From positions 13,268,001-13,332,000 of the forward strand of contig OU015568.1 in the NCBI GenBank assembly GCA_907165135.1: a stretch of 64,000 nt of DNA. Direction: 5' to 3'. The position numbers and the translations under genes are program-made. This DNA comes from Oikopleura dioica (taxonomy: Eukaryota; Animalia; Chordata). Positions within the stretch are counted from its first letter, which is position 1, and every line of letters starts with the position of its first letter. This document shows, one piece after another, positions 11,101 through 24,368 of this stretch. The notes below the pieces were generated by a model. That model ran no database searches and was not told the DNA's origin. It saw only the letters and a program-made list of their open reading frames with translations.

Positions 11101-14100
11101 TTTGTCGACAGGCGCCTATCGAATAAATATGCGCTGTGATGATGAGACCGAAGACTATCGATAGAATTGTGCAGCAAAATTTGCGATTTCTGCGCCTTGA
11201 AAAGAGCGACGAGCATTTTCAATGCAACTTGGTTTGACAACATTCGGTGGGGAGGCTCTATCTTTGGCGGTGCTGTGAACTCTCGAAATCTTGAATCAGC
11301 GTATTCAACCTCAGGAATCGGCCTGTCTCTATGCGGCTGAAGACCTGAGGGAACCTGCGATGCGTCGAACATTTCGTCAATTTTCGATAAAAGTGGGGAC
11401 TAAACTGAGAAGGAGTCTGAGCCAATGCAAATTTAAATAAGTGCTTATCTATATTCAACACTATTTTCACCACCCTAAATCCTTCTGTTGGAATCCTGCA
11501 TATTAAAAAGTCACATAATGCGGGCGCGTTTTTCAAACAGAAATTTATTTTTGAAAATATGGAAAGAGCAAACACACAAAATAGGAAGAAATAAGCCAGA
11601 AGACGGTGAGTGGTCGAGTATCGACTCGAGTCACTGTGCGACAGTACGGGCTTTTAGGTTCAATCTGATAGAAGAGCTACCGTGAGCCGTAGGCTGAGCC
11701 CTAAACGCTGGCATTTCCTATTTCAGTGAGAACAGCCAGCGATCGTTGTAGGTCCGGATTCTATCGCGCATCAACGCAGCTTAGAAATGAAAAAAGTGAA
11801 TGAGGCGCTTGATGATTGCTTGATAGAACCCGAGCGCACGAAGAAAGCTCGCTGTAGAATCTCACTGACATTGAAAATGTCCAGGTATTTGTCTTACTGA
11901 AGGAACAATGCATTGGACACAACAGCAAGGACTAATGAGTAAAATAATAAAAGGACAGGAAGGGCGGAGCAACCTTTGGCGCAAGGCAAGGAGTCAATGC
12001 GGATAGACAGAGAGTAATCTTGCTTGAAGAATGAAAAATTTGGGCCCTAAGATATATTTTTTGCTGTTTTTTAGATATATAGACTCGCGCGACCGAGTGA
12101 GAACTTTTTTGAAAGCTTATTAGATTTTAAGCGCGCTGGAAGTAGGAAACAGTTTAATAATAAAATCGAAATAAAAAATCATGAGAAAAAAAAAGAAGGG
12201 AGGATCGCGAAATGGCGTCGAATCAAATGCGCTAGCTTGCCTGTAGCTTGGGAGTACAGAAAACGATGTCTCAGTTTTTGGATTCAGTCGGATTTTCTTT
12301 TTCATTCAGAGAGGAGAGAGGAGTAAATCAGTGGATAGTATAGAACATCTATGTGAAGGAAGTTGCGTTGCGGGTTTTAGAAGAATACTGAATTCACAGA
12401 AATAGTGCCAATTATGAAGTAATATTAAATAAAAAAGGTTGATCAGTGACTCGACTGACGAGAAGAAAAGTTTGCTAGGGTAGTTGCTTTGAAAGATGAA
12501 AGTACTGAAATAGGAAAACTTTGGTGTATATAAATATCAAAGAATAATATGTGGAAAAATGAAGCTAGGAAAAAAGCGATTGTGGGGAATGCCCCCCAGA
12601 AGAACCAAGTTCAATGTTGATTGGTTTTGATCTTGAAGATCACTTTCCAGGGATGTTGCTTTTCTCGGAAAAGCGCAATCTCGTGAAGGGATTGATGCAA
12701 AAATTAGGATCTGGGCAAAGCCGAGCATATATTTTGTTTAAATAGAGTCGTGAAGGAGGTTCTCCGGGCACTGTACTGTACTGTAATTGCGAGGTCCGCT
12801 AGAGAGCAGCAGCAAAACTTTGTTTTTGGAACTTTTTTGAGTAGTGAGTAGGATGAGAAAAGATTTGGGTAATTTTCTAGGCGGGAGGAGGTTCGCTACA
12901 AAACGAGTAGTGCCGCGGAGGAAATGCTAAGATTATAAGGTTATTTTTAGTAAAAATGTTTTCAGACTTGTTTGGTTGATTTTTCGTGAAGAAGAAATTT
13001 TTATGGGGCATTTTTGAAAGGCATATATCGATTCATTATTGTTTCATTTTCATTTTTTTGGATGAGCTGACCGGTCGGGCCCGGTTTTGTTTCGTGTTTT
13101 CTGTGAGTTTGAACTGAGAGTAATTAGAATTTTAAAGGGAAAAATCAATGAAATGTTGTCTTGAAAGCCCTCGGATGGATCATTTTTTGAGCGTCAGGAA
13201 TTTTGAATTCCGCTCGGGAAAGGTGTGTCACGTGGGTGAAGCCACGGCACAACGGAACTTGAAAGTAGCTAATAAGAGCACCTTTAGTTGAAGATAATAC
13301 GTAGTAGGCAAATTATGATTTTTTTGGTTTTTTGTTTTTTGTAGATTTTTTTGTGTTTTCGAAGTTTTTTAGATATTGATAAAATATATTGAAATTTCAG
13401 GAACCACACCAAACTATACACAAAGGCGGTTTGTAACGGCTTGCTTACCGATAAAGCAAGAAAAGGGGAAAAATGAACTTTCACGCGGCTTGGGAACCGG
13501 GTGGTGATGTTGAAGCAATCTGAAGGTAAATGGGAAATTGTAAAGACGAGAAAAATTATGGAAACTGCACCTATATATATTTGTATATTATTAGGCCTGA
13601 ATAAACTCCGAGTGTAGGTTCCAGAGTCTAGGATATACAGCGTAGAGTGATTTTATGCATTTTGTCCAAAAATCTGATAGTCGGAAAAATTAGATTTTTG
13701 GTTGAGGTTGAGACATAAATAGACTATGGGTATTGGCAATGTTTAAATTCTTTTTGGTTTAGCTTGGGCCGCGCATTTGATTCGAAGCTATTTCTCACGG
13801 AGAGCCACTAGTGGCGCTATAAAGACGAATAAAGATGGTTGTTGAAAAGATTAGGTAGTATCAATAATAATATAATAATAATAGTTATAAGATAAAGAAC
13901 TAAATGAATGACTTTAAATGGAGAAAGTATGAGCTCGAGGGGAGGGGAAGTCTGGAGCACATGCTGAACTTTTCAGTATGTCAGGGTACACCTTTAGTTT
14001 GATATCTAGATACTGGTGAAGTTCATGAAGTTGTGCTTTTCGAGGAATCAACAAATTGTCTTCATTAAAGCAGTCTCAACGCCATTAGATAATTTACGGA

Positions 14101-14113
14101 ATTTATAGGATAA

Positions 14114-16449
14114 TTATTTGATGATCCATTCCTTGGTGTCCATATCAAAGAGTTGGTGTCCCCTAGTCGGCGGTGGAAGAAACATGTCTGTTTTGATAAA
14201 TGCGTCTGAATCGAGCCAGCTCGAATTTGAAGAGTCGTTGTTGTTGTCTAGAATGTTTAAACTCAATTTGTTGAGTCCCAGCTCGTCGGGCGAGTGGGGC
14301 TCTTCGGGCGTCTTGATCGGAGGTGGTGGTTGCGGCATTGCGTTCGACATTGCCATGTTCGGGTGGGAATTCATGATGGCAGCATGGTTCTGATAACGGG
14401 GAGAAAGAGATTCTTGGTTCGGGTAGCTTCGTTGTTGCTGGTGCGTTGGTGAGGGTTGCTGAAGTTGCAGTTGTCTAGGTCGTTGATTATTCTGACACGG
14501 GTTTCGGCGACGCATTAAAATCGTTACTCATTAAATTAAAAGACAGTCTGCGTTGGCGAAAACCCTTCCTGAAGATTGTTGAAAACATGGTTTTGGTTGT
14601 CAAAATGATTATTAGCAGCATTGTGGAAGTTGGTGTTTGGTTGGTTGTAACTTTGATGATCTGGTTGTTGCTGTTGGTGATAGTGCTGCGGCCGTGGGGG
14701 CTGCATCGCTGGCGCTTGCTGATGAGGAGCCTGCGGATGATGATGTTGGTGGTGCTGTTGGTGGGGATGAAGATGCTGGGGCTTGAGTGGAGAGAGGTGT
14801 TGTGGAGATGGAGTAGAATGATGATGCAGAGGAGTGGACGGCGAAGCGGGCTGATAGAAGGCGGCCGAGGAGCTGGGCGTAGGCGGAGGAAATGCAAACT
14901 GAGTCTGGTTGGAACTTGGTGGAGAAATACTTAAACAGTCCTATCAAAACACTGTCTGGGCGTCACTTAGTACCTATTGAAGCTTCTGCTAAGTGGCGAG
15001 TGGTAGTTCAAGCCGCTGCTACCGTCGGAGCGTGCGTCACTTGGCGGCGTGCCGATGATAGAACCTTGCGGGTCGAGGATAGGGAAGGAATTGGACGTGT
15101 TGTATTGGTTGAGCTTTTCGTAGATCATCTCTTTTGCGATTTCGACTTGCTCGGACTTGCCGCAAATGACGCATAGGGCATTGGAGTCTGTGTGGCCAGT
15201 GTATTCTTTGTCGATGTAGACATTAGCACCGGATGTCTCCTCTGAAGTCGTGGCTTATGAAAGAAGAAATGAAGTCCAACTTACGAATAATCTTGATATT
15301 CTTGCCCTTCTTTCCAATAACCATTCCGACGGCATTGAGCGGGATAAGGATGTTGTCCTGGATGCGTTTCTTGCTTTGTTTTACAAGTTCGCGCTCGGTT
15401 TCCCGAGAGTTCCAAGTAGTGTCAGGGCTGGATGAGTTCCAAACGCCGATTTTCGTGTCATCATTTGTTTTACTACAGCCATAAAGTAAGCGATATAGTC
15501 TCAGAGCTCAGCAAGGGTACTTACGCGCTGTCAAAATAGTTTCCATTGTGGTCCGGTTTCATCCCACTGTAGCCCGAGTTGTTTCCGATTGTCTCATTGT
15601 AATTATGAGCCGAGCCAGTCGGCTTGTGAATGGGCAAACTTGCTTGCGGTGCTTGCTGCATGTTCCTGTGAAGACCAACTTGCTCAAGGAGATTATCCCG
15701 GCGAGCTAATAGCTCCAGGACTCGCTTCTCCGCGGCTTGAACCTGCAGATCGATTAAGACCAGATTTCTGAAGGCGGAGGCATACCTGCACTGAGTTTCC
15801 GCGAATGATACATTTGCCAGCGTACTGAGCCGGGACGTTTTCCTTGTCTACGTAGACGAAGGCGCCTGTCTTGTCCTTGATGACTTGGATGTTCGAGCCA
15901 CTAAATGTTAAACCAATTAGGGCGATAGCGTTGAGGAATACTCACCCGGATCCGATGACACGGCCGACATCGTCGCTGGTATTCAAAGCTATGGATTTCT
16001 CAGTGGTTTCGCGCTCGCGCAGAAGCTCCTTGATGAGCGATTCGGCATGGTCGAGGTTGTCAACAGTTGGACCTCGGATCACGCAGACCCGCTTCGTCAC
16101 ATCGTGCTCGAATGGTTCTGACTTGATCGACATCCAAACATTGCAAACTTCCTGAAAAGATTGGCTGTTATCGACTTGTCTTAAAAGACTTTTCTTTTTT
16201 TATCGATTATGGATTGAAAGCGCTTTGAAGTTGTGTACTGACCTTGATAAGATGTTTCATTCGTCCATTTTTGCCGATGACAGCGCCGGTGCGCTCAGCA
16301 GGGAGGTAGATTGTGCGGCTTTGCCCCTTAGGATACTCAGGGTTGTGTTTATTAGGTCTGCTGTCATTGCCAGATCCGTTCGAGGCCGAGGAACTGGTCG
16401 ATTCTTTGCGCCAATCTGAGCCCATATCTTGAGGGAACTCCATTGGCAT
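14114..16449 (-). CDS. Multi-KH-domain RNA-binding protein (three GxxG KH motifs, FUBP/KHSRP-like architecture) with a Q/H/P-rich tail
   Basis: ERTGAVIGKNG, DVGRVIGSG|GSNIQVIK and AVGMVIGKKGKNIKII, joined by short GT-AG introns. Low-complexity C-terminus ends DTKEWIIK*. The start is uncertain. Confidence 0.8.
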
Positions 16450-19400
16450 GTAAAAACTTTTCACGTACACCCCAAGTCCAGTCTAAAAATGAAGGATTTG
16501 ATTAGTTTTCGCATTAAAATCGACTAAAATCAGACAAATAAGGTCATTAACAGTACCGAAATGATATTTGAATCAATAAGTCACATAAAGGTAGCATTTT
16601 TCTCTTGTTAAAACTGAATGAACAAAAAATCAAAATACAGAAGACATTCTCTCGGCCTCAGTTAATTGCAAAGGAGCGAGTATGGCAAGTAATAAATTGT
16701 CTGAGATCGATTTCGGACGCCGCCCTATTCCTGGGGGACAATTGTGTCGACTCGGCACACCCATATTCTCCATAAACACAAATCCAAGCTACGTGAGCCG
16801 ATGATTGATAAGTGCTCAAGGGGAATAATTTTTAATTTTAGATTTTGATCGATCATCGCAAAAAGGGCCAAGTGTTCTTTCAGAAACAGTTCTCTCAATC
16901 TCCCTCGACTGGGTAAATTAATGCATTGATAGTGTGTAGTCGCGCTTGGAGCGATTTCTATTTCGAAGATTTGCACACACAATGGAGCTTACACCTGTCC
17001 CGACAGGTTACATGATGCACTATTATCACACGGCTCGGGTCTCACAGACGAAAGACTAGCCCTCTTCTGAAAGCAAGGACGAGAACTAAAGACTGTAGTT
17101 GGACCGGTTTATACCGTTGTTTTAACTTACTGCGCTAGACTCTATCTCCTAAAACTAAGAATTATTCAAGTAAGTTTTCCGTCTAGCAGCCAATCTCACA
17201 GCTTCGTGTGATGACCCTAAGCGAGTGCATTCCGCACTAACACTAGTATCTGACAATACGAGGCCTTCCTCTATTTTAAGCGACGCGCTCTTGGCGAGAA
17301 TCCAACAGCGAGATTGTGACACTACAACTTGTATAGTGCTGGCATTGTACAGCCAAACATATTTTCTCCTCGTTTCAAATAAAAGCGGACTTCGATCAAT
17401 TATTTAGGTCATGATACGAGTTATAGCGAGTTTAGCGAGGCAGGCGCAATTAAAAAGACACTAGCGGAAATGAAGCAATAAATGTAATTATTGAGCACGG
17501 CAGTTTTGAGTGACTCGATCAAAATTGGAGAATATACTTTTTAATGAATTCTCTCTTTTGTTTATCGCGGCGGTATTTATTCAGAATAGGGAAAACGGAA
17601 AATCCCCATCCCAAAAAACGCCGTGCTTATACAAAAAGTGTGTAACTACAAGAGCACTGGAGAATTAAATCCTCAACAAATTCTTAATTTTCGAATTCGA
17701 AAAGCAAAATCGGTAAGGTAATTTCCAATTATTGAAATGGTTTTATTATAACACGGATTTCAAATATAGTTCTGTTTGATTCTGCTTGAATTTCACAAAG
17801 CTTTCGAAATTCAAAGTCTGAAGAGGAACATGTCAGTAAATATCAAATCTCGTAAAAAGTCGATTCTCTTGTAAAAACGCAAAAAATCGCTAAAATTTGG
17901 AAGAACGGAGCTGGATGCTTCTCGAAAACGTGATACGTGTGAAAAAGTAAAGAGCGCAAATTCATAACCCGTGTGAAATCGCACGCAAGTACATGCACTC
18001 AGTTACTGTCTCCGCTACTGTATTTACTGTAACTCGGTTCAGGAAGGTCCGCACGGTAAACCAATTATCACCTACTTAGTGCCATTCTCGCGGGAATATT
18101 CCAAGCCTATTATTCGCAACATTCACGTAATGGATCTATATTATGCATATGGAATTGAATTTGAATACAAATCAACTACAGAGCCTGTAGCGCGGGGGCA
18201 AAATTACACTACAGTGAACTCTTTTGCCCTGTGCAAATTTGGCTTCGGGGTAAATTCAAAATCGAAAACAGATAAGAATACGCTTGATAATGGCTTTTTA
18301 TGGTCATGTGATGATTCATTGATATTCTTCACGATAATACAGTTACGAATAAAACATTGTAAAAGAAAATACTCAATATTCTTCTATTGCTTTTAAATAT
18401 CAAAAATTTAATAAAACAGCGTAATTTAGTAACAAATAATTATATCTTGAAGTCATAAAAAATAACTAAAGAATACTGTGGGCTAATCCAGCAGGCGAAA
18501 TTCTCTTAAAATCGGGCGATAAGAATCTCTGATAAGAATCGCTCTCAGCCGGGTTGAACTGTAGTTCATCAAAGTTGATAAGCGATCTCTTCAATTCACA
18601 AATTAAACTTTTCTTGATACAAAAAAGTGGTTATTTTCAGAATACAAAGGCCGGAGTAGCAGAAGGCGTTTCTCCATCGAATTTCTATTGGCCGGGGCTG
18701 GGCTAGCGTAAGAAATCTTTCCCTCAAGGGAGGGGCGTGCTCTTTTCTTTTTCTGTGAAGGACGGGTCAACCGGGTCTTCAGCTGTTCTTCCGGCTCTTG
18801 CGAATGAGGGTCTTTCTGAAGCAAGGGCCTTGGAAGAGAATGAGGGCCACCTATCGCTGGGCGCCAACCTACGCCCGGTCGCCAATTCCTTTGGTTCGAT
18901 CGACTCCGTCCGAACCTCTTCTCTCTTTCTGTCGCTCTCTGTCCAGCTCGGGCTATTGATGTGGCCCTCTTGGGCTCTCGCACCCTTGCCCCGGTGCGAC
19001 CAGGAACGACCCAAATTTTGTAAATGCCTTTTTTGCCACTTTTGGTGTAACAACTTGCGACTGGAAGACACTATGCCGCGGAGAACAGTCTTCCTTTCAT
19101 CCCTGAATCCATCTTCAAGTTGAACACTATTCTGTATCATAGATACAGTCAGACGAGCACTGCCGAGCGGAGAAATGGAACATGCGAGGGACGGAACGAA
19201 CCACCTAAAATAGAAGACTTGGATCGGCTCCGCTCCGGGTATAGATGGAAAATCTCCGCCACCGGAAATTTGGAAATGTTCCAAACAAACTAGAGCGCAT
19301 CTTTGAAGTGCTCAAAGTGTTAGTCAACTTCTGGGATCGAGTTATAATTACAGGGCTTCAAAGTTCGCAGCTTGCTTCAAGCGGAATAATAAGATAAGCG

Positions 19401-20334
19401 AGCTTCAATTGGAAATTTTCGACAAACGATCGATCCAGTTGAACTAAAATCCACGACAAACAAGTGATATCGTCGAAGAGCCCTCATTTGAACAAGGGAT
19501 GTTTTCGTAAACACGCGTTGGCAATTGAATTTTGAAATTGCAATTTTGAATTGTAGCAATTGACTCCAAACAATGTCGGTTTTTATGCTCGGCTAGCAGC
19601 GGGCCAGGCAATGAGGCACTAATGAAGCCATCGGCCGAAGTTTCATTTTCGCGAAAAAAGAGCACTCACCTGTCTGCTCTCCACTCATGCATACATGACA
19701 TGCACTAATCCAGACATAATAGCGAAAAATAAATCAAATTATAGAAGATCATCAACAGCGCGACTGGAACTTGAAGATTGAAAGGTCAGACTTGTTAGAA
19801 AAGGGATGAGTTTGTTCAACGAGGAATCCCACTATCCCATATCGAGGATATGATATCGTAGCACTAGAAATAATTACTTTAGTGCCATAAATATTTGAAA
19901 GATTAATCTTCAGATTAATTCGATCGACTATTCTGATTTATAAATTATAAATTATAATTTATAATCAATCACCGTCTCACACTGACTTCGGACTCACCCC
20001 CAAATTCGGGGCCCAAGGATGGCAGATAGAAATTGAGGATCTACAGTAGAACTTCTAGTACTAAAATTATGGCCAACGTGAAGCCATGACAGATCATTCT
20101 TGATGATCTACTGGGGAAGAGATGACAGTGTTAAATTCATACCGGGTAATTTCCATCATCGTTGGGATCATAATTTGATGATGATGATGATTCATAACCA
20201 GTCTGAAAAGGTGTTGTCAAGGGCACACTCAGAATCGTTAAAAGAGATTAGTCGCCGTTGTATTTTTATACGTCCTCTCTACCTGAGCAATTTCACTCCG
20301 TAAAGAGAAAGGGTCCTGTCAACACACTGAGAAT

Positions 20335-20694
20335 ATGTCTGTTCGAAAAATTGCATCTAAAGATGAATTCAAAGGGCTCATGAGCGAGGTAAGCTGATAT
20401 AGACAAACTTAATCTATCAGAAAATTTAAGAATGCTCTCGTCATTGTCGACTATTTCGCGACATGGTGCCCTCCATGCCGAATGATCGCCCCCTGGCTCG
20501 AGGAGCAAGCCAAGGCCTTCGACGGAAAAGTCGTCTTCGCCAAGGTCGACGTTGATGAACTTGAGGACGTCGCTGCTGAGCAGAAGATTCAGTGCATGCC
20601 GACCTTCGAGTTCTTCAAGGGAGGCGCCGCTGTTGCCAGAATCGAAGGAGCTGATAAAGCGGGTATTAGCAGCAAAATTCAACAGCTCGCCTAG
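20335..20694 (+). CDS. TXN: Thioredoxin, copy 1 (WCPPC)
   Basis: MSVRKIASKDEFKGLMSE, 42-nt intron (20389-20430), then NALVIVDYFATWCPPCRMIAP...MPTFEFFKGG. Confidence 0.9.
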
Positions 20695-21084
20695 AATCTG
20701 AGACAACATCAACTTTAGAAATTCCATTGAAGAAGATCTTGCTTCTGCGCATGAAACTTATTGAAACTGATCTAATAAATTTTCCATTTCCCTTTATAAA
20801 AAAAATCTCCTCACTTACAACTGAAATGCGGTGATAAACCGCTCATCAGCAATTTAGACATGATGACCGGTGCACTTCTAACAAGTGCCCATTTCTTTGA
20901 GACAAGTGCCGTCAGAATTAACGACAATAGGAGTCGATTTTTTTTCTAGAAGGTGCGAGAGAGCTTCAGGTCTCTCACCTACGCGCATGTTTGCCCAATC
21001 ACTTTGTGCATAAAAGGACGTCACAGCCAAATTTCCCCTCATTTTCCTTTTGTCAAAAGTCGAGATCGCCCGAATTTGAAGAAA

Positions 21085-21495
21085 ATGTCCGTCAGACAAC
21101 TCGAATCCAAGGATGAATTTGTTGCCCTCAAGGGGGAGGTAAGCTTGAAACTCTTGAACGGCCTATTTTTTAATATCAATAGTCTATTGACAATAGATCC
21201 CATAAATCCCCGTTTCTAACAAAAATGCTAGAGCCAACTTATCGTTGTCGACTATTTCGCCACCTGGTGCGGTCCATGCCGAATGATCGCCCCGTGGCTC
21301 GCCGAGCAAGCCAAGGCCTTCGACGGAAAAGTCATCTTCGCCAAGGTCGACGTCGACGAGCTGGAAGACGTCGCCGCCGAGCAAAAGATCCAGGCTATGC
21401 CAACCTTCGAGTTCTTCAAGGGTGGCAACTCCGTCGCCCGCTTCGAAGGTGCCAACAAGGACAAACTCCTCGCCAAGATCAACGAGCTCCTCTAA
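21085..21495 (+). CDS. TXN: Thioredoxin, copy 2 (canonical WCGPC)
   Basis: MSVRQLESKDEFVALKGE, intron, then SQLIVVDYFATWCGPCRMIAP...MPTFEFFKGG. Confidence 0.95.
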
Positions 21496-21844
21496 GCCGG
21501 GAATCATTGTCAATTACAAATCAATCGTTTTCCAGCAGAAGATTCACAAAAAGAAACAAAACCACCTAAACAACCCTAGAAAAAATTCGTCTCAAGGTCA
21601 CCATGACTGACAATAGAGCTGCCTTCTATCTACAGTTTCTTTACTGTGCAATCAATTCATAAAATCAAAGTACAATTAGTTACTATTCTGTTTAATAAAT
21701 AAAATCAAATTGAAAAGATCGTATCGACTTTAAAATTTGCTTATTTGAAATAAGACCATTTTTATCGCCATCATAAAAGAGAAGGCAGGACTTTAGTAGC
21801 TTACCTACTTGCTGAGATAGTTTTAATAACGAATAGAGATCACT

Positions 21845-22349
21845 ATGCTTGTCAGGAAAATAAAAACCTTTGATCAATTTGAAGATTTAACCAGGAAGGT
21901 TTGAGTCGTTTCCAACTGACTCCGGAATACCAAAAGTTTCAGCCAGGTCTTGTGATTGTTCATTACTATGCCAAGCGATGCGAGCCCTGCAAGATCATCC
22001 AACCTTGGTTCGAAGACCAAGCCAGAGCGGCAAAATGGTTCAATGAGGATGTGATCTTCGCGAAACTAGACGCCGTGGAACTCGTAGGAGCTGTTTTAGA
22101 ACTTAATTTATGATGAATTGTATTTGGCCCGTAGTCACTGTAAATAATGAAACAGCATTTTCGAACTGAGCCGCAGAGATCGCTGCTCAGCAACGGGTCG
22201 AGTCACTTCCAACGTTCGAGTTCTTCAAGGGCGGAACTTCCATTGATACTGTCGAAGGAGCCAGCTATGAATCGAAGGCACAATTTCGACTGTTGATTGG
22301 AGAGCATATGCAGAAGAAAAATCGTCAGTTTTTGAATTCTACCCTTTGA
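21845..22349 (+). CDS. Thioredoxin, copy 3 (divergent RCEPC)
   Basis: An 18-codon first exon MLVRKIKTFDQFEDLTRK has the same intron position as copies 1 and 2, followed by VIVHYYAKRCEPCKIIQPW and SLPTFEFFKGG. There is an extra intron with unresolved boundaries at about 22087-22180. Confidence 0.75.
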
Positions 22350-23078
22350 ATAAACAGCAAAACCCTGAAGCATGTAGGCTATTTGGAAAATTAGCGACAA
22401 TAAATTATTCAATAAAACTAAAATCATGGAGGGTCGACGGAAGACAACAAAGCTTAGAAATGAGATTCCATGATTATCAGACATGGATCGTTCCGAGAAT
22501 AGCTGGGTCCGAACCACTATTTTCAGTAGGCCGCACCGAGCCGGTATTCACCAATCAACGGGCTTGAATGCCAACGGCCTCCACCAATATTTGACTCAGA
22601 GTGTCCAACTAATGAGAGATTCCTTCCAAAATCTACCGTTCTAGAGATGATTTTCTTTGTGTTCTTAGGTGAATATTCGACCGAGGTTAATTGGGTTTAT
22701 TCTAGAGATGAGCTTGTTCGATATCGCTAAACAGAATCCCTTCGGAAAACCCGTTGTTTCTGATGCTGCTACCAGGTAAATATTGTGGCTTTCCTCAGGA
22801 CGGATTTTTGGAATTTTTTCCGCATTTTTTTAATTGCTCTTATTCCTCGACGAATTTCGTATTTCGAAATGGTAAGTTCAATCTTTGAAATTTCTTACGT
22901 AACAATCATCAAAGTTTCAACTTTGCCATAGCATTGAAATTAAGCGTTCCTGATCCCAAATACAGGTATCGGATCAAAATCACTTCGAATACAAGTTATA
23001 TAACTAACCCGACAATTTAAGTATGAGCTTTGCCAATTATTAATTGGGTTTAAGCACATAATAAAATATGAATTCAGC

Positions 23079-24129
23079 TGTGAGTTCGGATCCACCGAGT
23101 ACTACTTGAAATGTATGATCGGTGGTGCTCTCTCTTGTGGTCTTACCCACACCGCCGTCGTCCCATTGGATTTGGTCAAGTGCCGAATGCAGGTCGACGC
23201 TGCCAAATACCCATCCCTCGGCAAGGGCCTCAAGGTAATATTTCCTCCTTACTTCCATTTTCAACTGCCTTTCTTCTCTAGGTCACCGTTGCTGAGGGAG
23301 GTGTCAAAGCCCTCGCCCGAGGATGGGCTCCCACCTTCATCGGATACTCCATGCAGGGAACCTGCAAATTCGGTTTCTACGAAATCTTCAAGAACCTCTA
23401 CGGAAACGCCATGGGCGAAGAGAACGCTTTCCTTTACCGAACATCTCTTTACCTCGCTGCTTCCGCTTCTGCCGAGTTCTTTGCCGATATTGCCCTTGCT
23501 CCTATGGAAGCTGTCAAGGTAACCAGCAGCTCAAAGATCATCAGATTTTACCCACCGTTTAGGTCCGAATCCAGACCTCCGACTACGCCTCCACCCTTCG
23601 CGAGTGCTTCCCCAAGATGCGCGCTGAAGAGGGCAACGGAACCTTCATTCGAGGTCTCAAGCCTTTGTGGATGCGACAGATTCCATACACAATGATGAAG
23701 TTCGCCTGCTTCGAAAAGACCGTCGAGGCTCTCTACCAGTACGTTGTCCCCAAGCCACGAGCTCAGTGCTCCAAGTCCGAGCAGCTCATGGTCACCTTCG
23801 CTGCCGGTTACATCGCTGGTGTCTTCTGCGCCATCGTCTCCCACCCCGCCGATTCTGTCGTCTCCGTCATCAACAAGGATCCTTCCAAATCTGCCGGACA
23901 GAGTAAGAATTTCAAACCTTATCCCTTGATTAACGTTTTCCTAGTCCTCAAGGAGATGGGACCCAAGGGTGTCTGGAAGGGACTTGGTGCCCGTATCATC
24001 ATGATCGGTACCCTCACCGCTCTCCAGTGGTTCATCTACGATGGTGTCAAGGTCGCCCTCCGTCTCCCACGACCACCACCACCAACCATGCCCGAGTCGC
24101 TCAAGAAGAAGCTTGGCGTCCAAGAGTAA
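23079..24129 (+). CDS. SLC25A3: Mitochondrial phosphate carrier (first exon upstream not resolved)
   Basis: CEFGSTEYY...SCGLTHTAVVPLDLVKCRMQV, GYSMQGTCKFGFYE, PLWMRQIPYTMMKFACFE, WKGLGARIIMIGTLTALQWFIYD. Confidence 0.97.
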
Positions 24130-24368
24130 ATAGTAAAATTAATTTATTTCCAGTACCAACATGTTCTTTGTTAAACTCCATCACTTCATTTCGCTCCCTT
24201 TACTCCTCCATCCACCCATCCTTAACTTATTGCGCGCGCGAGGCAAAAACTCTAGCGCTAGTTCAAATCCAAGTATTCTCTGTCAACTTTGTTAGTCAAG
24301 TTACTGTCAAAGTTTGTAAAACAAAAACGATAATAAAAATCAGTCAAAATCAAAACAAATAGCCTAGA

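Noticed and set aside
14400-14900. Overlapping ORFs on both strands in a CAG/CAT-rich tract
   Set aside because: Explained by the low-complexity Q/H/P tail of the KH protein.
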